Source: Klebsormidium nitens (taxonomy: Eukaryota; Plantae; Klebsormidiophyceae). From it: a stretch of 64,000 nucleotides of DNA. A program made the position numbers and the translations under genes. Shown here piece after piece: positions 46,883 to 58,200 of the stretch. Under the pieces are notes generated by a model. That model searched no databases and was not told the origin of the DNA. It was given only the letters and a program-made list of their open reading frames with translations. Positions within the stretch are counted from its first letter, which is position 1, and every line of letters begins with the position of its first letter. Location: positions 296,990 to 360,989 of the forward strand of contig DF236953.1 in assembly GCA_000708835.1 (NCBI GenBank). The letters are read 5' to 3'.

Positions 46883-49800
46883 ATGGCGGAGGTCGCCCCT
46901 GTCCATGGGAGCCAGCCCCTGATCATAGATCTCAACGAGCCGCAGGCGCCGATGGATGAGAGGCGCTTCTCAACGCCTGCCAGAATTGAGGGGCCTCATA
47001 CTGATGCAAGGGAAGACAAAATGGGAGCGGAGGGTGCCTTTCCAAGCGTGAGAAAAACATATTGGAGGTCTGCTAGTTGGACCCCTGGTAGAGGCGGCCG
47101 GTCTTCTCTGCAAAGGACCGCCTCGGGTAAAGCCACAGGTCTGCAACGCGCCAACGGCAAGGTGCTCCCTGAAGATGCCGGTGGGGGAAAAGGCAAAGGC
47201 TTGAGGATACAGGTAAGGAGGACAGCGTCACAGCCGCTTACCCACAACAGAGAAGCCTGCACGGCTACCATCATGTAGTGGTTTTACCAGTGGTTTACCA
47301 TGTCATCCATTTATCCATTTCAGGAAGCTGCTCGTTTGCACGAATTTGCCACTTCTGGTGAGTACACGATTGTGCCTTTTGCGTGCTTGAGTCTTGACTT
47401 GTCAACTTTGGAAGGACCTGGGATGGGAGCTGTGTGCCGTGGTTGTTTGCTGGGGCCTCGCAGGTTGAGGTCTGCTGCACCACTTACCGAGTGTTTATGC
47501 CCCATTTTTAACACAGCTGCTAACATAATCGGATTTAAAGCTGGTCAAATCCTCGTCTGTTGATGCTCTATCCAAGCATGTAATGCACATGCTGTAGCCA
47601 GAGTAGCATGCTGTTGGCACAAGAAGGCTTGCCCATCATTAACATAACCTGGTGCTGTAACATTTTTATGAGAAATTGGCTCTGCTTTCTCTTGAGTGTG
47701 AAAATCCTGAAAGGTAGGTTCTGCCATAAGTACTCTGTGCCATATTGTGTGTATGCGACACCAGCTCGACCTTTCTCCCTTTCAGTATCCCAGCAATGTC
47801 AACACTGTTTGCAATGCCCCTCTTTTCATGTCCAGTCGCCAAGTGCAAAGAACCATCCTTGGGCTGGTGTCCTCTCCCGACCCCTGTGCTGATGTTTGTT
47901 GATCCAACTCTGGCCCGGTGCTTTTTGGTCCAACTCTGGCCCATATCAAAGCTGTCAAAATACTTCTGGCGTCATTCTATCCTTCTTTCACTGGCTTACT
48001 TGGCTCAATAATTGACAAGTTGGTGTCATCAGTCCATCTTGTTTCAATGGAGAGTACCATCAGTTCTGCACAGAAGACGCAACGTGTAGCATCGAACAAT
48101 CATGTTTTTGAAGGTGGACCACAGCTAGTCTTGTGTTGTTGCAGAATGCTCAACCATCGTGCGAGGCTCGTGGATAGAGGCCTGAGATTTTCCGCAAATG
48201 AGTCAATCTTCATCCATCTCTTCCAGTAATTATCAGCCGACAGAAGCATGCCGACACATGGCACTTTCTCACGCGCTTTTGCGTGCCTTTCTCCTCAGGT
48301 CGACAATGGCTGGAAGGGTGACGTCGAGGTGATCAAACTCTCCGGGGGTGAAGACAGCGGTCCCACCACCGGAGGGGGGTCCCAGAAGCCCGGCAGCAGA
48401 CCCCCCCGGGGAATGCACCTCGACTTGGGGGCTCTCCAGATGGGGAATCCAGTCGCAGAACCAACCGAGATCCAGGCGCGGCGCACCAAGTTTGCGTATT
48501 TCGAGAAGCACTGCAGCCGCGTGGCGGAGCACGTGTATTTGGGGAGCGACGTCGTGGCGAGGAGCAGGGAGATCTTGCGGGAGTCGGGGATCACGCACGT
48601 GCTGAACTGCGTCGGGTTTGTGTGCCCCGAGTACTTTGCGGGGGAGCTGGTGTACAAGACGCTCTGGCTGCAGGTAAGGGCTTATACTTACTGGGGGTAG
48701 TCCAGAGGGGTTGATAGTACTGCCTAGTGGAGGGAGGGCTTGCTTACACTTTCCATCATGTGAGGGCTTGTTTGCACTGACTTCCAAGTTGGGGCTTGTT
48801 CCGAGTGTCTGGCAGGTGAAGGGCTTATTCTTTTGCCAATCGAATTAGAGGCGGTTTACTTAGAAGTTCTATGATCAGTGAACCTTGATTTCATGTCATT
48901 GCCAGAATCACACTGGCTAATGTGAGGATTTTGAGGAGCTTTGTCAAAGCGTTTGCCAGGTAGGAGGGTCAGTTATCTCATCCGGCAGAGCAAGGACATT
49001 TTGATGCTGTCAAGTACAACAGAGGCACACTTCCGGATTATTCAACACATGGTTTCTCACCACATTGTGCACTTTCAATGTCCTTCACTTACAAGAACTT
49101 TGTCCCTGTTCTTGCTAGGCAGCTGCCAACTATCATCTCTCTGGCATGCTTCTGAACTCGTTTCTTGTCTTCTACCAATTCGGACTTTCCTGGAGAGGTT
49201 CTCGTGAGCATCTTGCTGAGCAAACTGCCTCTTTTAAGTCTTTCAGGCGTTCTTTTCCAACCAGAATCGTTGCTCCACCAAACAGGAGATTCCTGGAGAG
49301 AACCTGGTGACGATTGGCTGAGCAAGGTGCCTCGTATGATCTTTCTCGTGTTCTTCTCTGACTTTCAATTCCCCCTCCCCACCAACAGGACATTCCCGGA
49401 GAGGACCTCGTGAGCATCCTGTACGACATCTTCGATTACCTGGAGGACGTTCGCACGCAGCACGGTCGTGTCCTGGTGCACTGCTGCCAGGGCGTCTCGC
49501 GCTCGACCTCGCTCGTCATTGCTTACCTCATGTGGCGCGACAACCGGTCGTTTGACGAGACGTTCCGGGACGTGAAGGCGGTCCGAGGGACGGCAAACCC
49601 GAACATGGGCTTTGCCTGCCAGGTACGAGATGTCGAGATTGCATTCTCAGGGTTGTAAGGTGGTTCCCTTGAGACATCGACAGGGGCGTACGAGGATGAT
49701 GTACGAGGTCAATTCACAATCTGCACGCCACTGACGACTCATAACTTGCAGCTCTTGTCGTTTGACAGTATGTATACTTACAGCTGACGTTCGTCAGCTG

Positions 49801-52800
49801 TAAGAACGAACAAATCTGAATCCTTTGATGCGCGTCTGCTACAAGCAATTTCCGGATGGAATTTTGGGGTGGATCTGTGTTCAAATGTGTAAGCAACTAA
49901 ATGCAAGGCAACTATTCGCATTCCGCAGGTCAATCTTCAAAAAGATGGTATGCGGACATACTGAAGACGTGCAATCAAACAGGAGAGTCGTCCCTTCAGG
50001 AGTCGTCGTCTGACGTCACCCTTTCTGTTGCAGCTGCTGCAATGGCAGAAACGGATCACGTGGGGCCCCGACGGCGAGCCTCCCCCCCACTCAGGGCGCA
50101 TGTACCGGGTTGCCCCCCACAGCACGTATAGCCCGCTCCACCTGGTGCCGAAGCCAGTGGGGAAGCTTAGAGGTTCCGAGCTAGACCGGAGGGGGGTGTT
50201 TGTGGTGGACGCCTCGAGCGGGCAGGTTTTCGTGTGGGTGGGCCAGGGCGCGCCGCACAGCATGGCGGAAGCGGGGGGGCGGATTGCGGCGCAGCTGGTG
50301 CGGTACGAGCGGGCGAAAGGCCCTGTCACGGTGGTGCGGCAGGGGCAGGAAGGGGCGGAGTTCTGGGCGGTGATGAGCGCGGGTGGGGGGGACGAGGCCT
50401 CGGAGGAACGGGGCCAGGAACTAGACGCGGGGAAGGTGCAACGGCGAGAGAGCAGACCGGTGGAGGTTGACAGAGACGAGGGAGGTTCTGAGGGGGATAC
50501 CTCAACAGCTAACCCGGGTGCTAACCCTGACGGTCCGGTGGAGGTGGGCACGCTGCCGGCTTATGATGCGGATTACGAGCTCTTCCGTCGGGCCGAGAGC
50601 GGGGAGATCAAAATGGCGACCCCTGGGTCTAGCGTTCTCCCAGGAGCAACAAAACCGATGTCGCCAACCAAAATTGCGAAAGAGGATCAGAAACAGTCCG
50701 GCGTCAGCGGCGCCCCCAGCCCCCGTGGCGAACCGATTCTAAGAACGGCCGTACGGACAGAGGATCCATCCACAGCACCAGATCAGAGCAGCAAGGCCAG
50801 GAGAGATCAGCCAGGGGGGAACGGACAGACTGCCCCGGAAACCAAGCTGACGTCCCCCCCGAACAGGAAGCAAGCACAGCCCGACGTTTTTGTCCCGTCC
50901 GTAAGCCGATCATACCCAGTGTCCACGCTGCCCCCCCCCTCGCCGTCTCTCCCGCCCCCAAACAAGCGCAGCAAGTCGCCCACGACCACAGAAACCGCCG
51001 CCCAAAGCGCCGACGTTCTTTCGCCCCCCCCTCCCTCCCCGTCCTCTTCCATGGGCAGCTTCTACAAGCAGCACCGCGTTTTGTCTCCCCGCCCCGGGCT
51101 TGATCTGTCCGAACCGAAGCCTCGCAAGAGCCCCTCCAATCTCGGTCCCCGAGCCGATTCCAGCGGGGGGGATGCGGCCACTCCCCGTCGCCGATCGTTG
51201 CTTTCCGAGGAGAAGGCCGGGGCAGCGGAGGCTACCCGGTCGATGGAATGGGGGTTGGCGAAAGACGCGGGGAAGGAGTCCGGGGGCCAGACGCCCCGCC
51301 AGATGTGGCCCCCTGTTTCGGAGGTGCGGCAGGCGCACTCCTCCTTTGCGATATCGCCGAACTTTGGAGGCTCCGAGCGCGCCTGGACGGTGCCCGAGTC
51401 TCCGCGGGTGGTTCGCCGGACTAGCTTTCCGGGGTTTGCGGTGAGCGGGAGTCAACATCCGGAAAGCCCGGGCATGAGGCCCGCCCGGAATGAGGAGGCC
51501 AGGCCAGCTTTGCCCGGGGGTGTGGCAACTCCGGAGAGCGATCCAAAGGACGAGAACGAACAGGAAGCAGAGAGGTCGGTGGACGAGCGACGTGAATCTG
51601 CGGCGAGTGGGGAGGAGGGCAAGGGAGAACCGAACCCCCGAGAAGAGACCCAGTCTTCAGAGCTCGGCGAATCCCGTGCCTCGGACGGGTCCGAAAGTCG
51701 AGGAGCGGACAGCTGGGCAAAGAGGCGGCCCGGTTTGCAGATCCCCGGCGTTGAGTCGGTCAAAGTTGATGTGGCTCCTGTTAGCCCGGTTGGGCTCCTA
51801 CCGGGCGCAGAGGTGCTGAGCCCGGGGGTGTCGGAGGAGACCGATGATCTGGTGACGGAGCGGATACCCCCTACTGCGAAGAAGCTGGAGCTGCTCGCTG
51901 GAGGGGGGGAGCTGGTGGAGTCGAGGGATTCGCCGATGGACGTCGACAGGAGACAGTTCCGTGAGCGGGGCAGAGCGACCCCAGTGAATCGCGCCAGGGG
52001 GGAAGAGAAGGCAGAGGTCGAGGGGGGGCCCCGGCTGTTCGAAGCCCCCCTGTTTGAGGAGGTGGAGATGTTCGACACGGACGATTTGCACTCCGAGTCG
52101 GCGTACGTTTTGCTTGTGAATTCGGACGGGGCTTCGGACGGCGGAAAGGGTCGGGACATGTTTGTTTGGTTAGGGGCGGACTATTTGAAGCAAGGGGATG
52201 ATCGTCGAATCAGCACGGGCAGTGCGATGTCGACTGACTCTACCGCGGAGGAGGAGGAGTTCAAGGATGGGGGGAGCATAGGGGAAGACTTTGTGAGGAG
52301 GAATGGGCTCCCGTCCGAGACTCCCTTTGTGGTAAGTGGCCCTCATTGGTAGGATTTGTATTTTATCTGTCGCGCGTTTCATATGCAGGTAGGTAAGTGA
52401 GTGGCGAAACCCCTTGGGAAATGACTTTATGATATGGAAGCGGCTCATTTCCAGGACTCCGTTCGTGGTAAGTGGCCCTCGTTTGTGGGACTGGTAGACC
52501 TTCAAGTGCGAACAAGTGATCTTTTGGGGGAAGCCCAGTCACTCGTTCCCGCGGCGCCTTCTCTGTCGATCTGGGAAGTGCACGACGCTTGGTACCAGGC
52601 AGACATGAGCCGACAACAGACGCAGATGATTGGCATTACTTGCAATATCTCTCTGTTCATTCGCTTGCCAAGTTGTCTCCATCGGTCAGCCAAAGGGCCT
52701 CGTGTGCTGGCAAGGGTTGGGCGTGTGCCGCTTGTGCTATCAATCGTAGACACAGTTTCGCTTGACCATGGGCGTCCGGGCGACAATCATAGAGTCGAGC

Positions 52801-53101
52801 GCGAAGAGCAACACTTAAGCTGGTTGGGGCATCTTGTGCTAAGGGGGCTCCTTTGAGTGTTAGAGGGTAAAGGTTGTCTTGAGATTTGAAGAAATAAACA
52901 ACCCACATATTGGGTCTGCGTTGTATAAGCTTGCCCGGCCTTTCTTTCAAATAGGAGGAGCGTAAGGAGCGAAAAACTTCTTTCGACTGGTGCTGCTTGT
53001 ATACTGGGCTTCAGTTATTCATTTCTTGGTCAATAACGTCGCAGGTTGTCACGGAAGGCAAGGAACCGGACGAGTTTTGGAGCCACTTTGTCAATGGCTG
53101 A
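46883..53101 (+). CDS. MKP1: MAP kinase phosphatase 1 (dual-specificity phosphatase plus gelsolin-like repeats and a long S/P-rich linker), ~1097 aa. Exons: 46883-47212, 48299-48673, 49389-49622, 50034-52331, 53045-53101
   Basis: RKTYWRSASW, FAYFEKHCSRVAEHVYLGSD, THVLNCVGFVCPEYF, catalytic VLVHCCQGVSRSTSLVIAYLM, NPNMGFACQ|LLQWQKR, MYRVAPHSTYSPLHLVPK, and gelsolin-type VFVWVG...QGQEGAEFW and MFVWLG...EGKEPDEFWSHF. All junctions are phase 0. Confidence 0.95.
49180..49425 (+). repeat. Two echo copies of the acceptor and 5' edge of the MKP1 catalytic exon
   Basis: ggactttcctggagaggttctcgtgagcatc (~49182) and ggagattcctggagagaacctggtga (~49286) versus the real ggacattcccggagaggacctcgtgagcatc (49388). 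Confidence 0.75.
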
Positions 53102-55294
53102 GTGTGACACACTCACTCATGAGGAAGGCGACAATGAGGGGTGAGCTGTACTTTATGGTAGGTTGCTACTCGGTGCGTGGGCAAAGCGATTCTTGCATTT
53201 AATTCTCCAGTATTTGTACAATTCGTTCCAAAGAATGACGTAGCGATGACTTTGAGCAGTCAGATCGTTGGTAACAAGGTCTGATCAAAAATAAGATACA
53301 TGAGATTACGACCTTTGAATTGTACGGTCCGAAACTGGGGCAGTTAAGGTTAAAGGCAGCTACCGTCCTAGGGAAGTCCATTTGGTGGTCACGGACCTGG
53401 TGCCTCTAGGTTTAGCCAGCCCAACGATACGAGCGAGCTATGCAACGGAAGAGGTTCTTGCACATTTCTACAACCAAGCTGCGGACATGATCGGCATTGA
53501 ATCATGATTCACCTGCAGAGCAACGCCATACTTGATGCGTTTGGAATGAGTTAGACCCTGGTGAATTGCGTCATTGATGGTGCATGCATGTTCAATCCAG
53601 ATCGATTGATCAAACATTCATTGTTTTCTCTCACGTTCCTCGAGTCCGCGTTAGTGACAGAGGTATATATCTCAGAGCTATAGTACCGAGTGTACCCAAT
53701 ATATCACACTGCATGATCTAGGGGCCGCCATATGATATATTCACTGAGCATGTGTGCACATATAGTCGAATTGCTGCGCGCATTGTGATCGACACTGAGT
53801 GCACTGACATGTCACGTACCGCGCGGCCTATATAATTTGATAATTGCCACGATCTGCTTTTTCGCATCGTTGCAGACTCGAGTGCTATTTACGCCATGGT
53901 TGGATAGGGACAGGGACCGCGGAGCTAAACATGCTGCAGTAGCTGCCGCGCGGTAGCTTCATAGCGTAGTTATCGTGACTAATTGCAATATAACCTTAAG
54001 TTAATTGATGCGCATGGTGCGGCCGTTCAAATCATAACTACTGGCCGTCATGTATGTGATGGCCGGAATGCATGGTTCCGTCAAGCATGTTCGGTCAACT
54101 TAGCATGCACAGCATACCGCCAATCAGGTCGATCTGAAACTCATGACTATGCAGTGCACGGCTCGTCGGGCCCGCGCAAACCTGAAGCGGCTCCAGCACA
54201 TTGATTATGGAGTTTACGCAGCGCGGTTGGCCCCTCATGAGATGCTATACTGTACGTGGTAAGAGCTTTACAATCGACATAACATGCCGGACTGCCGTCA
54301 GATCAATTGCATGACATGAGCGCATATATTCATACATTGCACTTAGTCCGGCGGCTGCCGGGGAGACGGTTGCTTACTGAGGACTTATACGGCTACAGCC
54401 TTCTAGTTGACATCAACAGTGAACCTGACGTTTTCCCGATCCACTTGTGTGCAGCGTGGCCCTCATGCAGCTGCAGCCCCTTTGCTCGATACCTAGATGC
54501 GCAGTTCGACCAATCAGATCATACTTGACGCGCCAATGATTTTGAAGAATCGGCTATCTCAAATTAGCTTCAGAGGGCTTACTAGAATACAAATGACCTG
54601 ACGGTAATAGCCAGCGTCATATTGGTGTCAAGTATTGCTTGTGTAACAGCACTTTACATGAAAGCTCACCTTTTGAAGACTGTCTTAGAAAAGTCTTAAA
54701 AAGTCTTTCAAATTGATTTTAATTCTCCGTCTTGAAAGTCTTGAAAGACATTCTCATTGAAGCGGCAAATTGACATCACGCTGCCTCACATTACTACAGA
54801 TGTAAGGGATGAAGGCCCAATTCTTCGTCACGAGTCAGTGCATCGTCGCCTTGCAACTTCAGTGAAGTTGCAACTGCCCCGTGAGCGGGACAGAGCGCCT
54901 GCAAACAGTCCAAAAGTCGATCGTAAAAAGATCTCTTTACACGGCACCATATATGCCGCAATTGTTTGACGGTCGGTCTATACTGTGCTGCTTAGTAACG
55001 ATAAGCGCGCCTTTTTGAGCGCTATATAGCTGAAATCAGGTATCCCTAGTATCGGGACTGCTACTTCTCAAATACGGCTATATGAGCCTTCCCTATGCTG
55101 TTACGCGTGTTCTATGCGAGCGGTGCTACATTAATGATCTTGGGTGGCACATGTCGTTGCGACAATACGCTGTAATTAAGCGGACAATTATTGCAGTATA
55201 GAAACGATGATTTCCGCCTGCATGAATGACAATTTGCGTCGAGAAAGCAGACACCGGTGCAGTCGTTCTGTAGCGTGCGATGCGCTTTAATGCG

Positions 55295-58200
55295 TCAGGC
55301 CGGCAGCTCTCCGAGCTTGCTTCGCCGCTCCCGATGGATCGCTTCCCGAACGGCGGGCACCTTCGTGGCGATCTTGTCCCACACCATGTCGATGGCTCCG
55401 TATGGCTCCGAGTACTCAAATAAACTGCAGCAGAAACAAATATATGATCCATTGAGCAACTTGCATACGGGGAGTTCCACGTAACGCGAACGACGAGCGG
55501 CACGATGGATAACTCAGCTGTGACTCCCTGCTTTCCAAGAAGACACTGGCATCTTGTCATCCAGGAAGCATTATTTTTAAGCTTTGGAGCATCTGGGTAT
55601 AACGACGTGCAGCCGGATCTCCATTAACCCAAAAATTACGGCGCCCAGTTTTGCCGTCGAACTTGTCCCCCTCGTTTTAGAACCGACACTTAGTAGCGAA
55701 GACCCATTTTTTAGAAAGTGAGGTAAACAGTGGGGGGCTTGGACCCTGTCGACAATCGCCCTCCATTCTCTGGGCATTCATAACCGGCACCGAAACTGGA
55801 TGGTTTCCTCAACGCACCTCCGAACTTCCCGCAAGCGCCGCTGCATGCCCTCCCACCGCCCGGCCGCGATCTCCGCGCGGAGCCGCCCGGCCAGATACCC
55901 CGGCTCGAGCGCTTTCGCCTCGGGAATGAACAGCGCAAACGTGCTGTAGTCCAACCGGTCTTCAAACGGCAGCTCGATGCGGTCGGATACGACGACCGGG
56001 ACGCACAGATTGACGATCGCGTCGAAGAGGCGGCACGCGGAAGGGGTGTCGCCTGGGCAAAAAGGGGCGACGAAGTGTCAGAATGGTGCGGAGGGTTGGT
56101 CGCCTCAGAAGGAGCTTGGGTGGAGAATATGCCCGTGGTCCGACCGCCGTTTGATGCTGTCGCTAACGGAGACCGGGACGCACAGTTGATCAATGCGTCG
56201 AAGAGGCGGCCAAGGAGGCGACGCTAGCAACGAGGGGCGAGGAGACATCAGGTGGTTGCAAAGGACTGGTCGCCCAAAAAGAAGCTTGAACGGAATACAG
56301 CTGTCAGTTTGATGTGGTCGGATCGACGATTGGGACGCGCAGGTAGACGGTCGTGTCGAAGAGGCGGCAGGGCGCGGGGTGTCGCCTGGCAAAGAGAGGC
56401 ATTAGAGGACGGTGCAAGAAATGAGTCGCCAAAAAGGTGCGAAAGTTAAATCAGGTAAACCGATCGTCGGATCACACGGTGCTGTCGCTAACGGCGGCCG
56501 GCGCGCAAAGGTTGACAACTACGTCGAAGAAGCGGCACGCGAAAGGGGTGTCGCCTGGGAAAGAGTACAACGCAACATCAGGAAAGTGCGGGGGTCTGGT
56601 CGCCCAAAGGAGAGCTTGAGTGGATAATGATGGGTCAACCGTGTCCTGAAAGTTACTTCGATGCTGAATGATATCGGAACGCACAGGTTGCCGACCGCGT
56701 CGAAGAGGCGGCAGGCCAAGTTCAGTATCGCCTGGCAAAGAGGAGCGACGCAGTGGCAGAAACTTGCGGAGAATTGGTCGCCTCAAAGGGGAGCTTGAGT
56801 AATGAATGGTGGGTCAAACATTTCCTGACGGTTACTTTGATCTCGTCGCGGACGCTGGGTCGTCTTCGGGTTGTTAAGAGGAGGCGGGCCGAGGTGTAGT
56901 GCCTGAACCCGACATCGGCCGTTGCAACCGTGGAAACGCGCGCAAGTATGCATGTTCAACTTGGACGACGTAAAGTCTGGCGTGAGAATGTGTAAAGAGC
57001 CTACCCAGCAGGGACGTGATAAAACCTGCAATAGTTAGGGGCTGCCGAGAAGCCCTGAAGGGCACGCTTCCCTTGACTACAACTGCCCTCATCTACACTC
57101 CGTACTGCACTACATTTCTGTTTAGCTGGTAACCATCTTGAAAGGGTGGGCTCCTTTACTTTTGACGCATTTTTGCGGACGCACCTGCGGGGCTGAGGCA
57201 GAACTTGGACGTCCGCATGCCTTTCATGGCGGCGCGGCGGCCCTCCGCCGAGGGGATCCCTTCAACCATGGACACGCTCTCCTCCGTCGCCAGCACCTCG
57301 AACAGCTTCGTGCGGATCGTACCGCCCTGGAGATGAATGGTTAAGGATTCAGCGTTTGGAGATTCTTTAAGATCAGGTACTAGGAAAAAAGGGTACCAGG
57401 TATTAGGGGACTAGAGATTGAAGGCTAATACATTTGAACAGCTTCGTCCGGATCGTGCCGCCCTGGAGATGAATGATTGAGGTTTCCGCTTCAAAGGACT
57501 CTTTTGGGATCAGGTACTAGGATAATAGAGTGCGGTATTACGGTACTAGAGTTTGAAGGCTGATACATCTGAACAAGGTCAAACAAGCAGGGTGCAAGCC
57601 CCTTGAGAAAGATAATTCGTCCGCCAACTTCGATTCCTTTGACTGTAGCACTTCCACTGAAGTTGTCCAGACCGGGCCACCCAAATCATCGCGACACATT
57701 CTACTAATAGCACAAAGTCAACCAAGCAAATTGCTGGTACTCGACTCTGAAGATTCTACTGATTCTGTTCGGATTGTGCCGCCATGAACATTAACACGTT
57801 TCGTACAAAACGAACAACCAAGCGGTCTTTTGTCTCTTGATGTCCGCCTGACTACTGGCAAACGTTCGCAGAACGAGTCAACTATTTGCGGCTGCGATAG
57901 AAAGCTGCCCCTGTTCTTTCCAACATACGACCGAGATCGCGGAGAACGTTTTCAGTCCAGAAGAGCGCACAGAGGCTTGACAGATGGATTCACCTCTTTC
58001 CGGAAGCGGTTGCCAGCAAAGAAAAGCAGCAGGTGTCGCTCCGCGGGGGTCGCGCCTTCGTCCTGGGGGGTGTAAATGGGCACCCGGTGCACGTACGGGA
58101 TGACGACATCCTTCTGCAGGGACGCCTGGTCCGGGCGCAAGCGTCCGAAGTCCGCGACAAGAAGGATGGAGTTCTTTGTCCGGTCGTGCACCTGCGGACG

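Noticed and set aside
50704-52159. Several long minus-strand ORFs (up to 235 aa)
   Set aside because: They are antisense shadows of the GC-rich MKP1 exon 4.
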